A stretch of 64,000 nt of DNA, from the NCBI GenBank assembly GCA_964036045.1, contig OZ038378.1, positions 14,136,001 to 14,200,000 on the forward strand, read 5' to 3'. The position numbers and the translations under genes are program-made. The notes beneath the pieces are model-generated. The model ran no database searches, was not told the DNA's origin, and saw nothing but the letters and a program-made list of their open reading frames with translations. This document shows positions 1 through 11,250 of this stretch, one piece after another. Source of the DNA: Eutreptiella sp. 'Long Island Sound 2002'. Lineage: Eukaryota; Protista; Euglenida. Each line of letters opens with the position of its first letter. The first letter of the stretch is position 1.

Positions 1-470
1 GGGGGACGAAATCAGAAGTGGCTCACAAGTGGGTCTGGTGGCTACATAACCCCTGCCCTTTGGGGGATCCGGAACGCAACACTTCACAAGGGGAGGACAA
101 AATCAGAAGTCGCACACAAGTGGGCGGAGTGGCTACATAATCCCTGCCGTCTGGGGGGGTCCCCAACGCTTCAGAGTGGGGGGCAAAATCAGAAGCGGCC
201 CACATGTGGGCCGGGTGGGATTGAAACCCCTGCCGTTTGGGGGGTCCCCAACGCTTCAAAGAGGGGGACAAAATCAGAAATGGCCCACAACATGCTTGGT
301 GGCTACACAACCCTTGCCGTCTGGGGGGTCCCCAACGCTTTAGAGCAGGGGACCAAATCAGAAGTGGCACACAAGTGGGCGGGGTGGCTACGTAACCCGT
401 GCCATCTAGGGGGTCAACGCTTCACAGCGGGGGACAAGATGAGAAATGGTCCACAAGTGGGCAGATTGGC
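1..470 (+). repeat. Degenerate tandem copies of the 85-bp satellite unit
   Basis: About five copies of AAATCAGAAGTGGC.CACAAGTGGGC..GTGGCTAC...CCCTGCCGT.TGGGGG.TCCCCAACGCTTCA, matching the homogeneous array at 35024-38360. Runs off the left edge of the window. Confidence 0.9.
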
Positions 471-479
471 TACATGCAT

Positions 480-860
480 ATATTTTTTGTCTTCAGTAAA
501 ATTGTTAGTTTTTTTCTTTGCAGTACGGTCGTGTAATTCTTTTTTCGCGGGAAATGCGTGTAGCAAAAATTGTCAAATTGTGCAATTTTTTGTCAAGCCG
601 TGTAATTTTCTTTTGCAGTAAATGCGGGTAAAAAAAATTGTCACGTCGTGTTAATTTTTTTTTGCGGTAATGCGAGTACGGGTTTACATGACATGCTTGA
701 AAAAAATTTTCACAATGTGACGATTTTTTGTTACACCCATATACCGCCAAAAAAAACTTACACATATTGCAACATACACACGGAAATTCAAGCACCATCA
801 TTGTCCCTCCAACACACATCTCATCCAAGGTGCAAATTTTTTTTTGACAAAGTTGCAATA
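480..860. repeat. AT-rich array of short CGTGTAATTTTT-type motifs (transposon subterminal-like)
   Basis: Repeated GTCGTGTAATTTTTT/TTTTGCGGTAA motifs. Similar arrays at 1180-1420, 7160-7450 and 22110-22412. Confidence 0.6.
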
Positions 861-1179
861 GTTCTGCAATAGTTGTGCAGTAGCACAAGTCAACCGCGGG
901 ATCTAAGTACACTCTCACAACATACCATGGCTTCTTCCCCTGTCAAGGACAAGGGTCAAGGTTGACAAAGAAGGAGCTACTTATATTCCTACCTTGAGTA
1001 TCCCTGCAGAGCGACTTGGGGTCGCCACGACTCCGTTTGGCCTTCATCTTCCAACCTATGACAAATTTTCTTTGCTCCGGGTGCATGGGTGCATGGGTGA
1101 GTCAGGTGATGCTCTAGTTCGCCTTGTTATCCTCCTAGTGGTACACGTCTGGCGGGGAGCAGGCTGTGTTGTCATCCAA

Positions 1180-1420
1180 GGTGAAAAATGCAACTTGTGT
1201 AAAAAAAAAATTGTTTGCGCGTGTTTTGTTGTGGAGTGACTTTGTGGAAATTGTTTTGCGGTAAGATCGTTTAATTGTGATTTTTGTGGTAAGGTCGTGC
1301 AGGTTGGAACACTTCCGATAAGAGCGTGTAATTTTTTTGAACGTAAAGGCAAGTGCAATGTATTTTCAGAAAACTTTTGCAACATGTACAATTGCTAGTT
1401 CCGTACGGCACCCCCCCATA
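1180..1420. repeat. AT-rich subterminal-like array ending in GTTCCGTACGGCACCCC
   Basis: The end motif TGCAACATGTAC...AATTGC.AGTTCCGTACGGCACCCC is shared with 22360-22412. Confidence 0.65.
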
Positions 1421-1657
1421 TGGGGTGGGGGTATTGGCGGTGCGTGCGCGCGGCGCGGTACTTTTACGGTGTGCTTTCCCGGGCCGGCTTAGTCTTGCCC
1501 CTCCTAAAATGCCCCTTTGGAGAGAAAACCCCTTGGTGGTAAGCACGGTTGCTTGGTCGGGATAGGTGGCCGAGCCTCCGAGTCCTCAAAGCACCAAAAT
1601 ACTCTGTGTGGCCACCAATTAATTGGGGCTCAACCAATATAGGAAGATGGAGGTCTG

Positions 1658-1897
1658 ATGGAGGTTAGCTACCAAAGAGAAGTGACCAAGGGACAAGCTA
1701 CCATGGCCACTGCTGCCACAGAGGAGGACACCCATCAGCAGGTCCTCATCCGTGGAAAGTGGGTCTACGTCCCGGATAGCTACCGCAAAAATGCTTGTGG
1801 CGAGCTAAAGCGTGATCCGCAGTTCATTAGTGAATTGATTTTCAGACGAATGTTCATTTGTATGGGGCTTATGAGTGGAACACTAGTTGTGGTGTAA
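1658..1897 (+). pseudogene. Relic of the C-terminal module of the MULE protein family
   Basis: VLIRGKWVYVPDSYRKNACGELKRDPQFISELIFRRMF aligns by eye with VWICRKWYALPPQYPQNADGQLENDQAFCRQL...DLIFKRVF at the end of ORF 30510-33017 and with 22750-22930 (-). Confidence 0.6.
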
Positions 1898-2071
1898 AGC
1901 CCAAGTCCTCCAATTCCAAGACGGTCTCATCTACAAACGTGCATTATGCAACTACTTGTAGCGGGTGCACGTTTTATAGGCTTTTTATGTTCCCATATTT
2001 CCTCCACCTATTTGGTTTACATACTTTTCTATGCACCAATACTTGTAGCAGTGTATAAATTGCCCTTTTTT

Positions 2072-2285
2072 GGTGGGGGATAAAACCACCCTTAAAACCC
2101 ACCCCCGGTGGTTTTATGGTTTATGCCCCCGTTTAGGCAGGTTAAAACCACCATGGGATGGTTTTATGTCACCAGTACCACAAATGATACAACAAAATCA
2201 TCCCCCCTTGTTCAAACCACCCCCTTCGGCAGGATCAAACCACCCTGGGATGGTTTTATGTCGCCAGTACCACAAATGACACAAC
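2072..2285. repeat. GATAAAACCACC / GGTGGTTTTAT motif cluster with an internal direct repeat
   Basis: Motif present in both orientations. GGGATGGTTTTATGTC.CCAGTACCACAAATGA.ACAACAAA occurs twice. A related cluster lies at 6465-6650. Confidence 0.6.
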
Positions 2286-2779
2286 AAAGCAAGCAAAAGC
2301 AGTCTGAACAATGTGCTCCACGCAATGTCAAATAATGAGGGGAGCACCTATGACCCTGCCTTAGTTCAAAGTCGAAGCCATTGGTGAGCCATTGATGAGA
2401 ACCATGTTCAATTGTTGTTCGTCCTATGGGCGTGGTCAGCACCACAGCTTTTTTTGTGATAGGGGGGGGGGGGCACAACTGACAGGTCGTAAAACTCACA
2501 GATAAAAAGTACAAACATGCATCATGCAGACACTAGTGTGTTTTTCAGCTTCTACTCATATCTATTCCTCTGAAAATTTTGTTGTTTGTTGTTTGTTGTT
2601 TAACGGAGGTTCGAGGAAGGGGTCGAGAGCGGCGGGCCATGAGGCAACGGATACTGGGCTCGCATACGCCCCCGTGTCACAGGCGCATGGTCATAACCAC
2701 ATAGTTCAGTGTTTTTCCTCGCTGCAGTGCAGCGCAGATCAGTTCTGTACCACTCCAGTCGGCTGTTGGCTGTGCTTTG

Positions 2780-3330
2780 GCCTTGGCCATCTGTACATCG
2801 AGGTCAGCTCGCACCCACCACCCTCCCACAGTGCCGGTTGGTCTCTAACCCTTGCCCTGCAGGCCTTGCTCTTGCTACCCCTGTCTTGCTCTTGCTCTGT
2901 GGCACGTGAAGACGTGTCATATCCGAACTCCGGGGGCGCAAAGGTGCCTTTGGGGGCGCAAAGGCGTCTCAACGTTGCACCAAAAGTTTTTTTAGCTTGA
3001 CGCTTCAACAGATGCCTTGTTGTACTGTGGCGCTTACCTGTTCAGTACCACACCATGTGTGCGCTAGCCGCCCACATATCCAAGTCAACTCGCACCCACC
3101 ACCCTCCCGGGGCCGCACTCTCGCTGCCCCTGTCGTGCTTAGGCTTTTCGACACGTAATGACGTGTCACGCCCGTGCTCTGGGGGCGCAAAGGCGTCCCG
3201 ATGTTTCACCATAAAGCCGTTCAGCTCTATGCTGCAATGGCTGCCCACACACCCTGGTCAGCTCAAACCCACCACCCTCCCACAGTGCCGGTTAGCCCCC
3301 GACTCTTGCTCTGTGGGTCTCTCTCCCCCT
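2780..3330 (-). repeat. Chimeric tandem modules containing a fragment of the adjacent LINE endonuclease
   Basis: CACGT.AAGACGTGTC...GGGGGCGCAAAGG (FAPPEFxxDTS) at about 2903-2950 and 3151-3200 copies 3712-3760. It alternates with GTCA.CTC..ACCCACCACCCTCCC at 2783, 3083 and 3257. Confidence 0.75.
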
Positions 3331-4261
3331 CTCTCCCTCTCTCTCTCTCTCCTGCCCTCCCTCTCGAGTCTTGGAGGATTGTCTCTGGACAGTAGAATCT
3401 GGGAATCGTGCCTTCCGTTTCGAAGGATGGGGGTGTGAATTCAGCCAAGATTGCCTTGTGGTCTGAGTTGGCAGCAAACATGGGGTACACACTAGTCGCC
3501 AAGCTCAACAGTTCTGATGCCGTGTGTATGCGGTCAATGCGGCATAATCTCTGTGGATCGAGCCGCTCTCCTTCCCGAGGGTAGCCGTACGTGAAGCCCG
3601 TTGGACACGATGACTCTTTGTCCTTGATATCCGTCAGAGTTGGACAATGGATGTCCACCCAATCGTCCTGCAGACCCGCTTTCGCCAAGGTTGTAACCTC
3701 TTGTTCTCGGGCACGTAAAGACGTGTCATGCTCAAATTCTGGGGGCGCAAAGGCGTCCCTATGTTTCACTACTAGACTATTGTGACCCGCACATAAAATC
3801 ACGTTCGGTCCATGCAACTCCTTGGCGATGTCTTTCCATTGCGACTGTCGTCGCGTGTGCTTGTGATGGAAATGGACCACCACTAAAGTGATCTCTAGTG
3901 GACCACTCGACAGTGAGGCTTTCAGCGCCCTGGGAGACAAGAATGTCATTGATTGTAATGTCCACTTGGATGTTTTCCACGCCAGTGCCACTCCTCCCCG
4001 TCCTTCTTCATGGAGTGGTCCGTCCAAGCCATACCCGTACTTTGATAGGCACCGCGTGCCCGCCTGACGATCCTCCGCCGTGACGAAGTGGGGCTCTTGG
4101 ATGGCGAAGAAATCCACCTCCAGGGACCGAAGCAGTGACCCTAGGGCCACTATTTGAGTTTGCTTTCGCTTTCTCATGGTTATTTTGGTTTGAAGTCCAT
4201 TGACATTTTGGGACAAAACTCTGAGCGTGCTCCTCAGAGGGATGCTTGATGCAGACGTCAT
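3263..4261 (-). pseudogene. LINE ORF2 APE (EEP) endonuclease, 3'-truncated
   Basis: Motifs SQNVNG, AIQEPH, GRGGVALAW, RIDRI and NSDHKAILAEF are present. The catalytic GDxN motif reads AGHN (Asp lost). Sequence after ETILQDS is not element-derived. Confidence 0.9.
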
Positions 4262-5858
4262 CTTGCTACTCCATTGGACGACGAAGCCTCATCCTCCTTC
4301 AAGTCCCGCTTGCGTTTGAGGGAGCTGATGACCTTGTCGACTTGATCGTCCAACTCCATGGCCTTGGCCATTTCACCCGCCGTGATTAAGCCTTGCTTGC
4401 GTGTCTTGGCGTCATCTGTGCTCCTGGGCCGGTCTGTGATACGCTTTTTGCGCGCCTCATAGTCCGCCTCGGAGATCACAAACATTGGAGGCATTCCAGA
4501 ATCCGACAAGTAGACTTTCCCAATTAGCTGTGACACACTTTCCCCGGTCAGCCGCCATGTGGCCGTGCGCAGGTCTCCCCAACACTCCACATGACACGGT
4601 CTGCGATGTATCGGCACTGTACCGAAGGAGCAAGGGCCTCAGTCACATCCTAGAGATACCACCAAGGTGCCACATCCAAGATGTACACTGTGCCCACCAG
4701 TTCCTTCTTCCACGTCGGGGGCACAGTGGGCTTGCAGATGATGTCTCTGTCGAGGAACTGTCCTGTCTTCGGGTCCTTGAAGCCAGCCCTGATGGCCGCC
4801 ACCAGTTCACGATACCTTGTCTTCAACAACGAGTGCCCAGTTTTTGTGAGACCCAGCAGTAGCTTACTTGGGCCCAACACATGGATTTTCACTGGCGACT
4901 GCGCTTGCAAGACGCCCGGGATCGTCCAGAACATTGCGAGAACTGAGGCATACAGCATGGGCGACCATGTTTCCTTGTGTGTCTTCTTTATCGAGACCTC
5001 ATAGACAGCAGACATGTTTGTCAAGTTGGCCCCACGATACCATTCCATTGGCTGAATCTGGAACCTTGGCTTGGACCCGAATTGTGAAACCACGGTATTC
5101 ACTTGTTCCTCATTCAGCTCCGTGAAAAACAACTTTGAGTTCCGTGGGTCTGTTCCCGGAAGGAGATGGACTTCATCGGAGTTCTGGCCGATAGACCCCA
5201 ACAGCCCATTGATCAGGTCATTGTGGGCCTGGATGGCAGGCTGATTGTCCCGCACATGTGGCTCATGGAATACCACTTTGTCAACCTCTGCTCCAGGTGT
5301 CATAAGTCGCAGGAGCTTGTACGTTGGGGGCGGCGACAGGTTCCCGGAGTCCCTTGTGCTGCTCGCAATCCAGACATCAAATCGACCATGTGTGCGTATG
5401 TGCATGAGAGACCCGTCCACCATTTGCAGCTTGTCGCACCCGAAAGGCAAATTGGAATTGAGGGCGAGTGCCCGATTGAGAAACGATGGCTTGTCATCAT
5501 CATCGCTGACAGGTTCAAGCAGGATGGAAACAAAGCGGCCCAGCATGGGCAGATCAGTAAGCAGCCTCTTAATTGCATTTTGAATTTTTTCATACTCAGT
5601 CATTTCCCCAACGAGCACAACGTTGGGGCGACTGCCGTAAAGGACGGCAGCTAGTTTTTCGGACAAGTCGCAGTCCTTGAAGAGGTCGAACGACAGGGAG
5701 GCAGCCTCTGTAACTCCACTCTTCAGCACCACTTCGTCCTGGATGATGTAATCGGCGTCATCGATGGCTGCCAAACACGCCAATTGGCCGGCGTCGGCAG
5801 GGACGATGACCTCATCGCCTGGTGTGGCCAGACGGGCTTGGGTGTCCCGGACACTCAT
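4258..5858 (-). pseudogene. LINE ORF1 (about 530 codons; one in-frame TAG at 4650 and one frameshift)
   Basis: ORFs 4650-5858 and 4258-4617 lie directly upstream of the endonuclease. The frame stays open past the TAG (WWYL*DVTEAL). The stop codon overlaps the ORF2 ATG as ATGA. No domain recognised. Confidence 0.7.
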
Positions 5859-5938
5859 GCCGTCAGGGGACAGGGAGGTGACGTCGGTGGCAAGTTGTCA
5901 AGGCCCAGCGGCCCGGGCAAGCATGGACAAAAAGACAC

Positions 5939-5962
5939 CAAAAAAAATAGACACTCAGAAAG
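5939..5962 (-). other. Euglenid spliced-leader (SL) exon sequence
   Basis: Minus strand reads CTTTCTGAGTGTCTATTTTTTTTG, against the Euglena SL exon as recalled (ACTTTCTGAGTGTCTATTTTTTTTCG). It ends 80 nt upstream of the ORF1 ATG. Confidence 0.85.
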
Positions 5963-6464
5963 AGCCGCGGGGGAGGGGGGGTTAAGGGAGATGTTGGCTT
6001 GTGATTGACTAATGAAACACACAAAGTGGGTTCCACCAATAAAGGGGACCCCAATTGCATGACGCCCATCACCCATGGCAAATCCCATCCCACACCCCAT
6101 TGCCAAAGCAAGTCTCATCTCAAACCCTGTCCCAATCCTCTGTCCACGTGGAACCCAAACCATGTTTGAAACCCCATCCCACACCCCATTTGTAAACTTG
6201 TCCCCCGCTAGGTCACACATCCTACAACACACATACAAAGAGCACTGTGAAACACAACATTGAGTGTACAATCACATGTGGTTTCGTAACCTTCCATCAC
6301 CTCTCCTACCTCCATACCTAAAGTGGAAGTGGGGCAACCCCCCCCCTCCCCAAGGGTAGACAGAAGGCAACTTGTCTTCCAATACTGTGATTCCTATTTC
6401 AAATAGAGATGGGCCATACTCCCCAACCCGCCACTTAAAAGGGTGACGACCCCGCACCCAATGG

Positions 6465-6650
6465 GGGGGGGGATAAAACCACCTCGGAAAAGGGGGGATA
6501 AAACCACCCCAAAGGGGTGATAACCCCCGGGGCCATAAAAACACCCACCTAAATGGGAGGATAAAACCAGCCCCAAGTGGCATAAAACCACCCAAGGGTG
6601 AAAAATGGCCAAAAAAAGGTTTTGGGGGGTGGTTTTATCCCCTATTTTGG
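6465..6650. repeat. GATAAAACCACC motif cluster
   Basis: About six motif copies. The last is inverted (GGGTGGTTTTATCCCC) relative to GGGGATAAAACCACCC at about 2077. Confidence 0.6.
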
Positions 6651-6829
6651 GCGGCGTTGTACCCACGACCAGTTTGTCCCTTGGACTCTGAGGCTTCCAG
6701 GCTTTGCTCAAAGGAGGCATCCTTGCCTTCGAGCGCAGTGGGGATGGATTGAGCACTCTCATGGGTCTTGGAAATTGCACCTCGAACTTGGGTGTTGGGG
6801 TGCCTACCCAACCCCTGCCATCTTAGGGG

Positions 6830-7125
6830 CCCTCGTGTGGGCAAAGTGGTTACATAAACCTTGAAGTCTTGGGGATCCCCACCCCCTAGCGCAGGGAGGA
6901 AATTAGCTATGGCTAGTTAAGTCCTGCGGCCTCCGGGGCCCACGTGTGGGCACAATGGCTACACAACCCCTACCATCTTGGGGGTCCCAAAAGCGGGGAC
7001 GAAATCAAAGTGGCTACATAAGCCCTACCGTCTTGGGGGACCACATGTGAGCAAAGTGGCAACAAAACCTTGCCGTCTTGGGGGTCCCCAAAGCAAGGAC
7101 GAAATCAGAAGTGGCTAGTGGCCAC
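6830..7125 (+). repeat. Highly degenerate copies of the 85-bp satellite unit
   Basis: GTGTGGGCAAAGTGGTTAC, CCTACCGTCTTGGGGG.CCC and GACGAAATCAGAAGTGGC motifs recur. Confidence 0.7.
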
Positions 7126-7159
7126 TAATTTTCTTTTCTTTTCATTGTAAGTGGGAGTA

Positions 7160-7450
7160 ATTATTTTTGCAGCAAACGCGAGTACAAAAAAAATCGTACA
7201 ATTGTGCATTGTTTTTTGAGGTGACTGCGAGCACAAAAAAAATCGTACCATCGTGTAATATTTTTGCGGTTAACACAAGTACCAAAAAGTCGTACACCCC
7301 TGTATTTTTTTTTCGGGGCCATGAGCAACGGATGCTGAGCTCGCATATACCCCCGTGACACATGCATATGGTCATAGCTATTGGACTCGCGTTTAGCGCA
7401 GCAAAAATTACACAACAGTATGATTTTTTTTAGACTCAAATTTACAGCAA
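7160..7450. repeat. AT-rich subterminal-like array
   Basis: AAAAAAATCGTAC repeats and CGTGTAAT.TTTTTGCGGT, as at 480-860. Confidence 0.5.
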
Positions 7451-8939
7451 AACCAAAAGTACACAACTTACAACATACACTCATCAAAGGGATGATTGGG
7501 AAGGTTGATCCATAGGCACAAAACAACAACCAAACAGAGTCAAGTGGCAAAATAAAAACACTGCAAACTAACACCACATTCTGCCCTACAAACCAACACA
7601 TCGTTCTGCCCTGCAATCTGACACCTTGTTCTGCCTTGCAAATTAACACCTTGTTTTGCCATGTATGCATGAAAATACAAATACACTGGAGGATAGTTCA
7701 CTATGTCAGAACTTTAGTTCGTTAGAAAAACTACATCATGGTCGGGAATCACATCCCTTCTACTGTGGTTTTGGAATAGTAGTGTCAGTCCCAATAATTA
7801 GTGACCCGATGGTTCTGCCCGCTACCCCAATTTTGAGGCATCCTTTCAAGTATTGCTTGGCATTATGGCCTCAATTGCAACCTTCTCAAAGTCGTTGCAT
7901 TTGGCAGTATGGGCACCCGTGTTGACGGCAAAGACTTTGGGCATATCCATATGTGCCTTGCCCCTTTGAAATGCTCGTGGTTGCCTCTTCTTCAGTGGTT
8001 GTTCTTTGAAAGAGTCCCGTGCTGCATGATTTTGCGTTCAAAGAACCAGCCATGGCAAACAGTCTTCGACCACATCTTCCCCACATAGACCGCAAGCTTT
8101 GATACAATGGCAGGAGACCACCTTCCGACAGGTAATTTCATCTAATTTTACCACATTGTTGGAAATCTACACAAACCCCTGCATACTAATATGAGCCCAT
8201 TTTAGCAAAAGCAACACAGACTTGGTATCCCACCTTCCTCACACATCCCTTGACAAACCACATGGTATCGGAACGTTCCATGCACCCCTTTGTTGCAACC
8301 TATTTGTTCACTAAAACAGTGCGCGGATGTGCGTGGCCCTCCATTACAGCGTCTTACCCCCACTAATGTTAGACACTAGGGTGCCAGTGGGCCTACATTG
8401 GGGGTCACAATTCTCCCTTGCTGCCATAAAGACTCCTACAGTCCACCTCCCACGGAAAAAGAAAGTACACCGGAGGAGAAACAAGTGCTTTGCCTCGATG
8501 TCTATCTTGGTAAGGCACATTAAGAGCAAGGGTATCGAGGGCCCCCTTGACAACCCACCCTTTTTTCCCCCACTGTCCATTGAGAGCAGGGGTGTGCAAC
8601 CTCCCCTTGACAACGGAGCCTTTCCAGCAGAGAGGGTCTTTAAGTGTAGGCAAAGTCAGCTGTAGGCCCTGAAGCTGGGCGCCGAGGGGGGGGGGGGGTA
8701 AGTGAATTAAATTGATACCTTTGCCCCATCCAAACCCACAGGTGGACATCTTACCTGCAAAGTGAAGCAGAACATCCCTCCAAGCAAACAAGACACACAT
8801 ACACACACATGCACCACGCATGCAGAGACGCGAGAGGATGCACACACACGTGCGCACGAAGCAACTGTCACCACAGGTCAAGAAGATGGTGGGCAGGTTT
8901 TGACAGGTGCTGGCTCCCTGTCTGCATTGTTGCACATAC

Positions 8940-10361
8940 CCGTGTCACGCCTTCACCACAAAAAGCAAACGTCTTGTATAGCTTCGTGCCAATAGTTCCG
9001 AAGGTGAGACAGCCAGTCCACAGCCCCATGGAAATATTGGAGCTCACGAAGTCTTGCTTTTCTGCCTGCTGCTTGAACTGGTCCCGGATTAGGATTGCAG
9101 CGGATAGTGCATGGCTGACATGGCAGTTCACCTTGCACGCAAGATTCCAGGATATCAAGCAACGATTGTAGCTCAAGGACTGCATGAATCCCTTGCTCTC
9201 CGCAGTTGTGGTGATGACAAGATGGGCAAAGGCTGCAGCGCACTCCTCGAATACTTCGAGGGTTTGACTGTTCGCGGTAGCGGTGAGCCCCTCTGCATCT
9301 CCAACTTGTACATAGAGCAGGGTACAAACGCGCTGCTGGATGCGCTGATTGAACTTGGCCTGGACGCCCGGGTCTATCGAGATGGTGGAGCGGTATGATT
9401 TCAGAGACCCCCCACCAGACGGGGTGCCTGGGGAGGATGGCAAGTAAGACTGCGTCCTGGGGGTGAATGGCTCTGGGACGCCACAGGATTGCTGGTCGGA
9501 GGCGTCAGGGGATTCGAAACCAACATCATGCAGCAAAAGGTGCGCCGGAATGTATGGTCTGTACAGCCTCATGGTCCTTGCGATCTTCAACATCAAATTG
9601 ACGATGCTGCAGTCCAGGTCATCCTCAGGGACGTCATTCACATCGAAGGCCGCAATTTTGCACGCCAATGCCTCAGCCTTAGCGATGCTTCCCTCCAACT
9701 GCGTGGCCTGTGCTCTCAATTTGGAAACCACGAAGCTCAACGCCACTACGCTGACACTGGCTCCTGTCACCATCACTACCGTCGTCAAGACTATTTGCCA
9801 CCCTTTGGAAGGTTGGAAGACTTGTGGTGTGAAATTGCCCTCTCCAACAAGGAGCTCGACTACAACCATTACCGCCACATAGCAGATGGAGAAAACGTGA
9901 ACAATGATCGGGGGCCCTATGGAACGGCTCGTGATCAGGCTGACTTGGGGCCCGATAAACGCAGCACAGAGGACACCAAGAGCCAAGACATTGTTGCCCA
10001 GCGCCCAATGAGCCAAAAGAGCGCTGCCGCAGAATGCGTACTTCATCACCCATGAAACAAAATAGCTCTTCTTAGTGTGCATGACATGCGCAACAGCCGC
10101 GGAGAACAGTAGTGTGTCGGCACCGGCGATGGCAGCCGATATGGGAAGCTTGATCCACAAGTACATGGCAGTCATCAGGCTGGCTGTCAACGCTGCTAGT
10201 GCCATAAAACAGACTAATACCACTTTGGAGCACACATCCTGGGCATCTTCCTCGCTTTTGGTTGAGACAAGTGACGAGACAAAGCAGTATACACGGCCGG
10301 AGATCCTTTGGGTAACTCGGGGGCGGCAGGCATTGGTAACATAAGCATTGGGCGGATGCAT
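8940..10361 (-). CDS. Multi-TM class III nucleotide cyclase-like protein (degenerate cyclase domain), first coding exon
   Basis: Lies within ORF 8868-10712. About six hydrophobic segments, then LxxYRPYIP, then a cyclase-like fold (CTLLYVQV...KGFMQSLSYNRCLISWN...MGLWTG..TFGTIGT...FAFCG). The likely ATG at 10361 follows the acceptor TTTTCTTGCTTAG. A GTATGT donor follows GVTR at 8939; the downstream exon was not located. Confidence 0.75.
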
Positions 10362-10549
10362 TGTATAAAGGACCCTAAGCAAGAAAATTGGTGCACATGC
10401 CATACAAAGCCCCAGAGCCCCAGCACGTCCCCACCAGAGGGAAGACACGGCCATCTGGCTGGCTGAGAAACACACTTGCCGTTGCAGGTTGTGCAAACTC
10501 TGCCCAAGGTCACCAGATGTGACCCTATGCTGCTGCCGGAGGCAACAAA

Positions 10550-11250
10550 ATTCCCCCCCCCCCCCCCCGGGACGACGGTTCCCCCCAGCCAAGTGACAAG
10601 GCTCATTGCTACTGGTACCAGGCACTACTATGCAGCTTGGGTATAGTCCCATACAAACTTTGTGCACAGCGCACCCACAGCGCGCAATAAGCCCCCTACC
10701 CCCCCCTTGCAAACTCCCACCCCTTGCAACCCCCCCCCCCCCCCCGGGAGACCGTTACTTCCATGTTTTTCTAGTTAACATGTATTGTGCTAGTTTGTGT
10801 TGCCCATCTGCCTTACACATGGCCTTGCATTGCTTTCCCATTACTTCAAATCAAGCACCTGCGTGTGTTCTGTGATATTCTCTCTCCAAAGGCGTTGTAT
10901 GGGTGTGCTGTGTTGGTATTTCAGACCCAAGATGTTTTCTCCCGGTGACCATGTAAGGTATCACTCACGCAGACTTGGTGCACACCGTGTGTGTCATGCA
11001 AACTGAGCATGTGCTACAGTTCAAAGTGTGTTATTCTCGTACCCAGAAGTTCTTTACCGTTCCTTTAGATCCTCAATAACATCTGTGTTGGATGAAACAC
11101 ATTGGCACCGCATCAACGCAAAAGTCGCTTCACACGTGTTCTCTTTGCTTGCATCAGTGGAGGGTACCACAGTTTGCCTTGAAATACCCTTGCAATCCCC
11201 CCCCCCCCCGGGGAGACCGTCACTTGGCGACCGTCTCCCCCCCCCCATCC
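10550..11250. repeat. Poly-C MITE end remnants (C-run + GGGAGACCGTCACTT family)
   Basis: Related motifs at about 10553-10600, 10730-10762 and 11197-11250. The same GTGACGGTCCCC family occurs at 43434-43958 and 63780-63970. Confidence 0.55.

Larger units (their letters stand above)
3370..5962 (-). mobile_element. APE-type non-LTR retrotransposon (L1/Tx1-like), 5' part; RT lost
   Basis: SL-like 5' end, then ORF1 (5858-4258), then ORF2 with an APE endonuclease that breaks off near 3370 into a (GA)n tract. Confidence 0.85.

Noticed and set aside
7700-8320. Possible downstream cyclase exon or RT relic
   Set aside because: Only weak fragments with stops in every frame; cannot be supported.
10362-10712. 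N-terminal extension of the 614-aa ORF
   Set aside because: It runs through poly-G MITE remnants, and a good acceptor with ATG exists at 10361.
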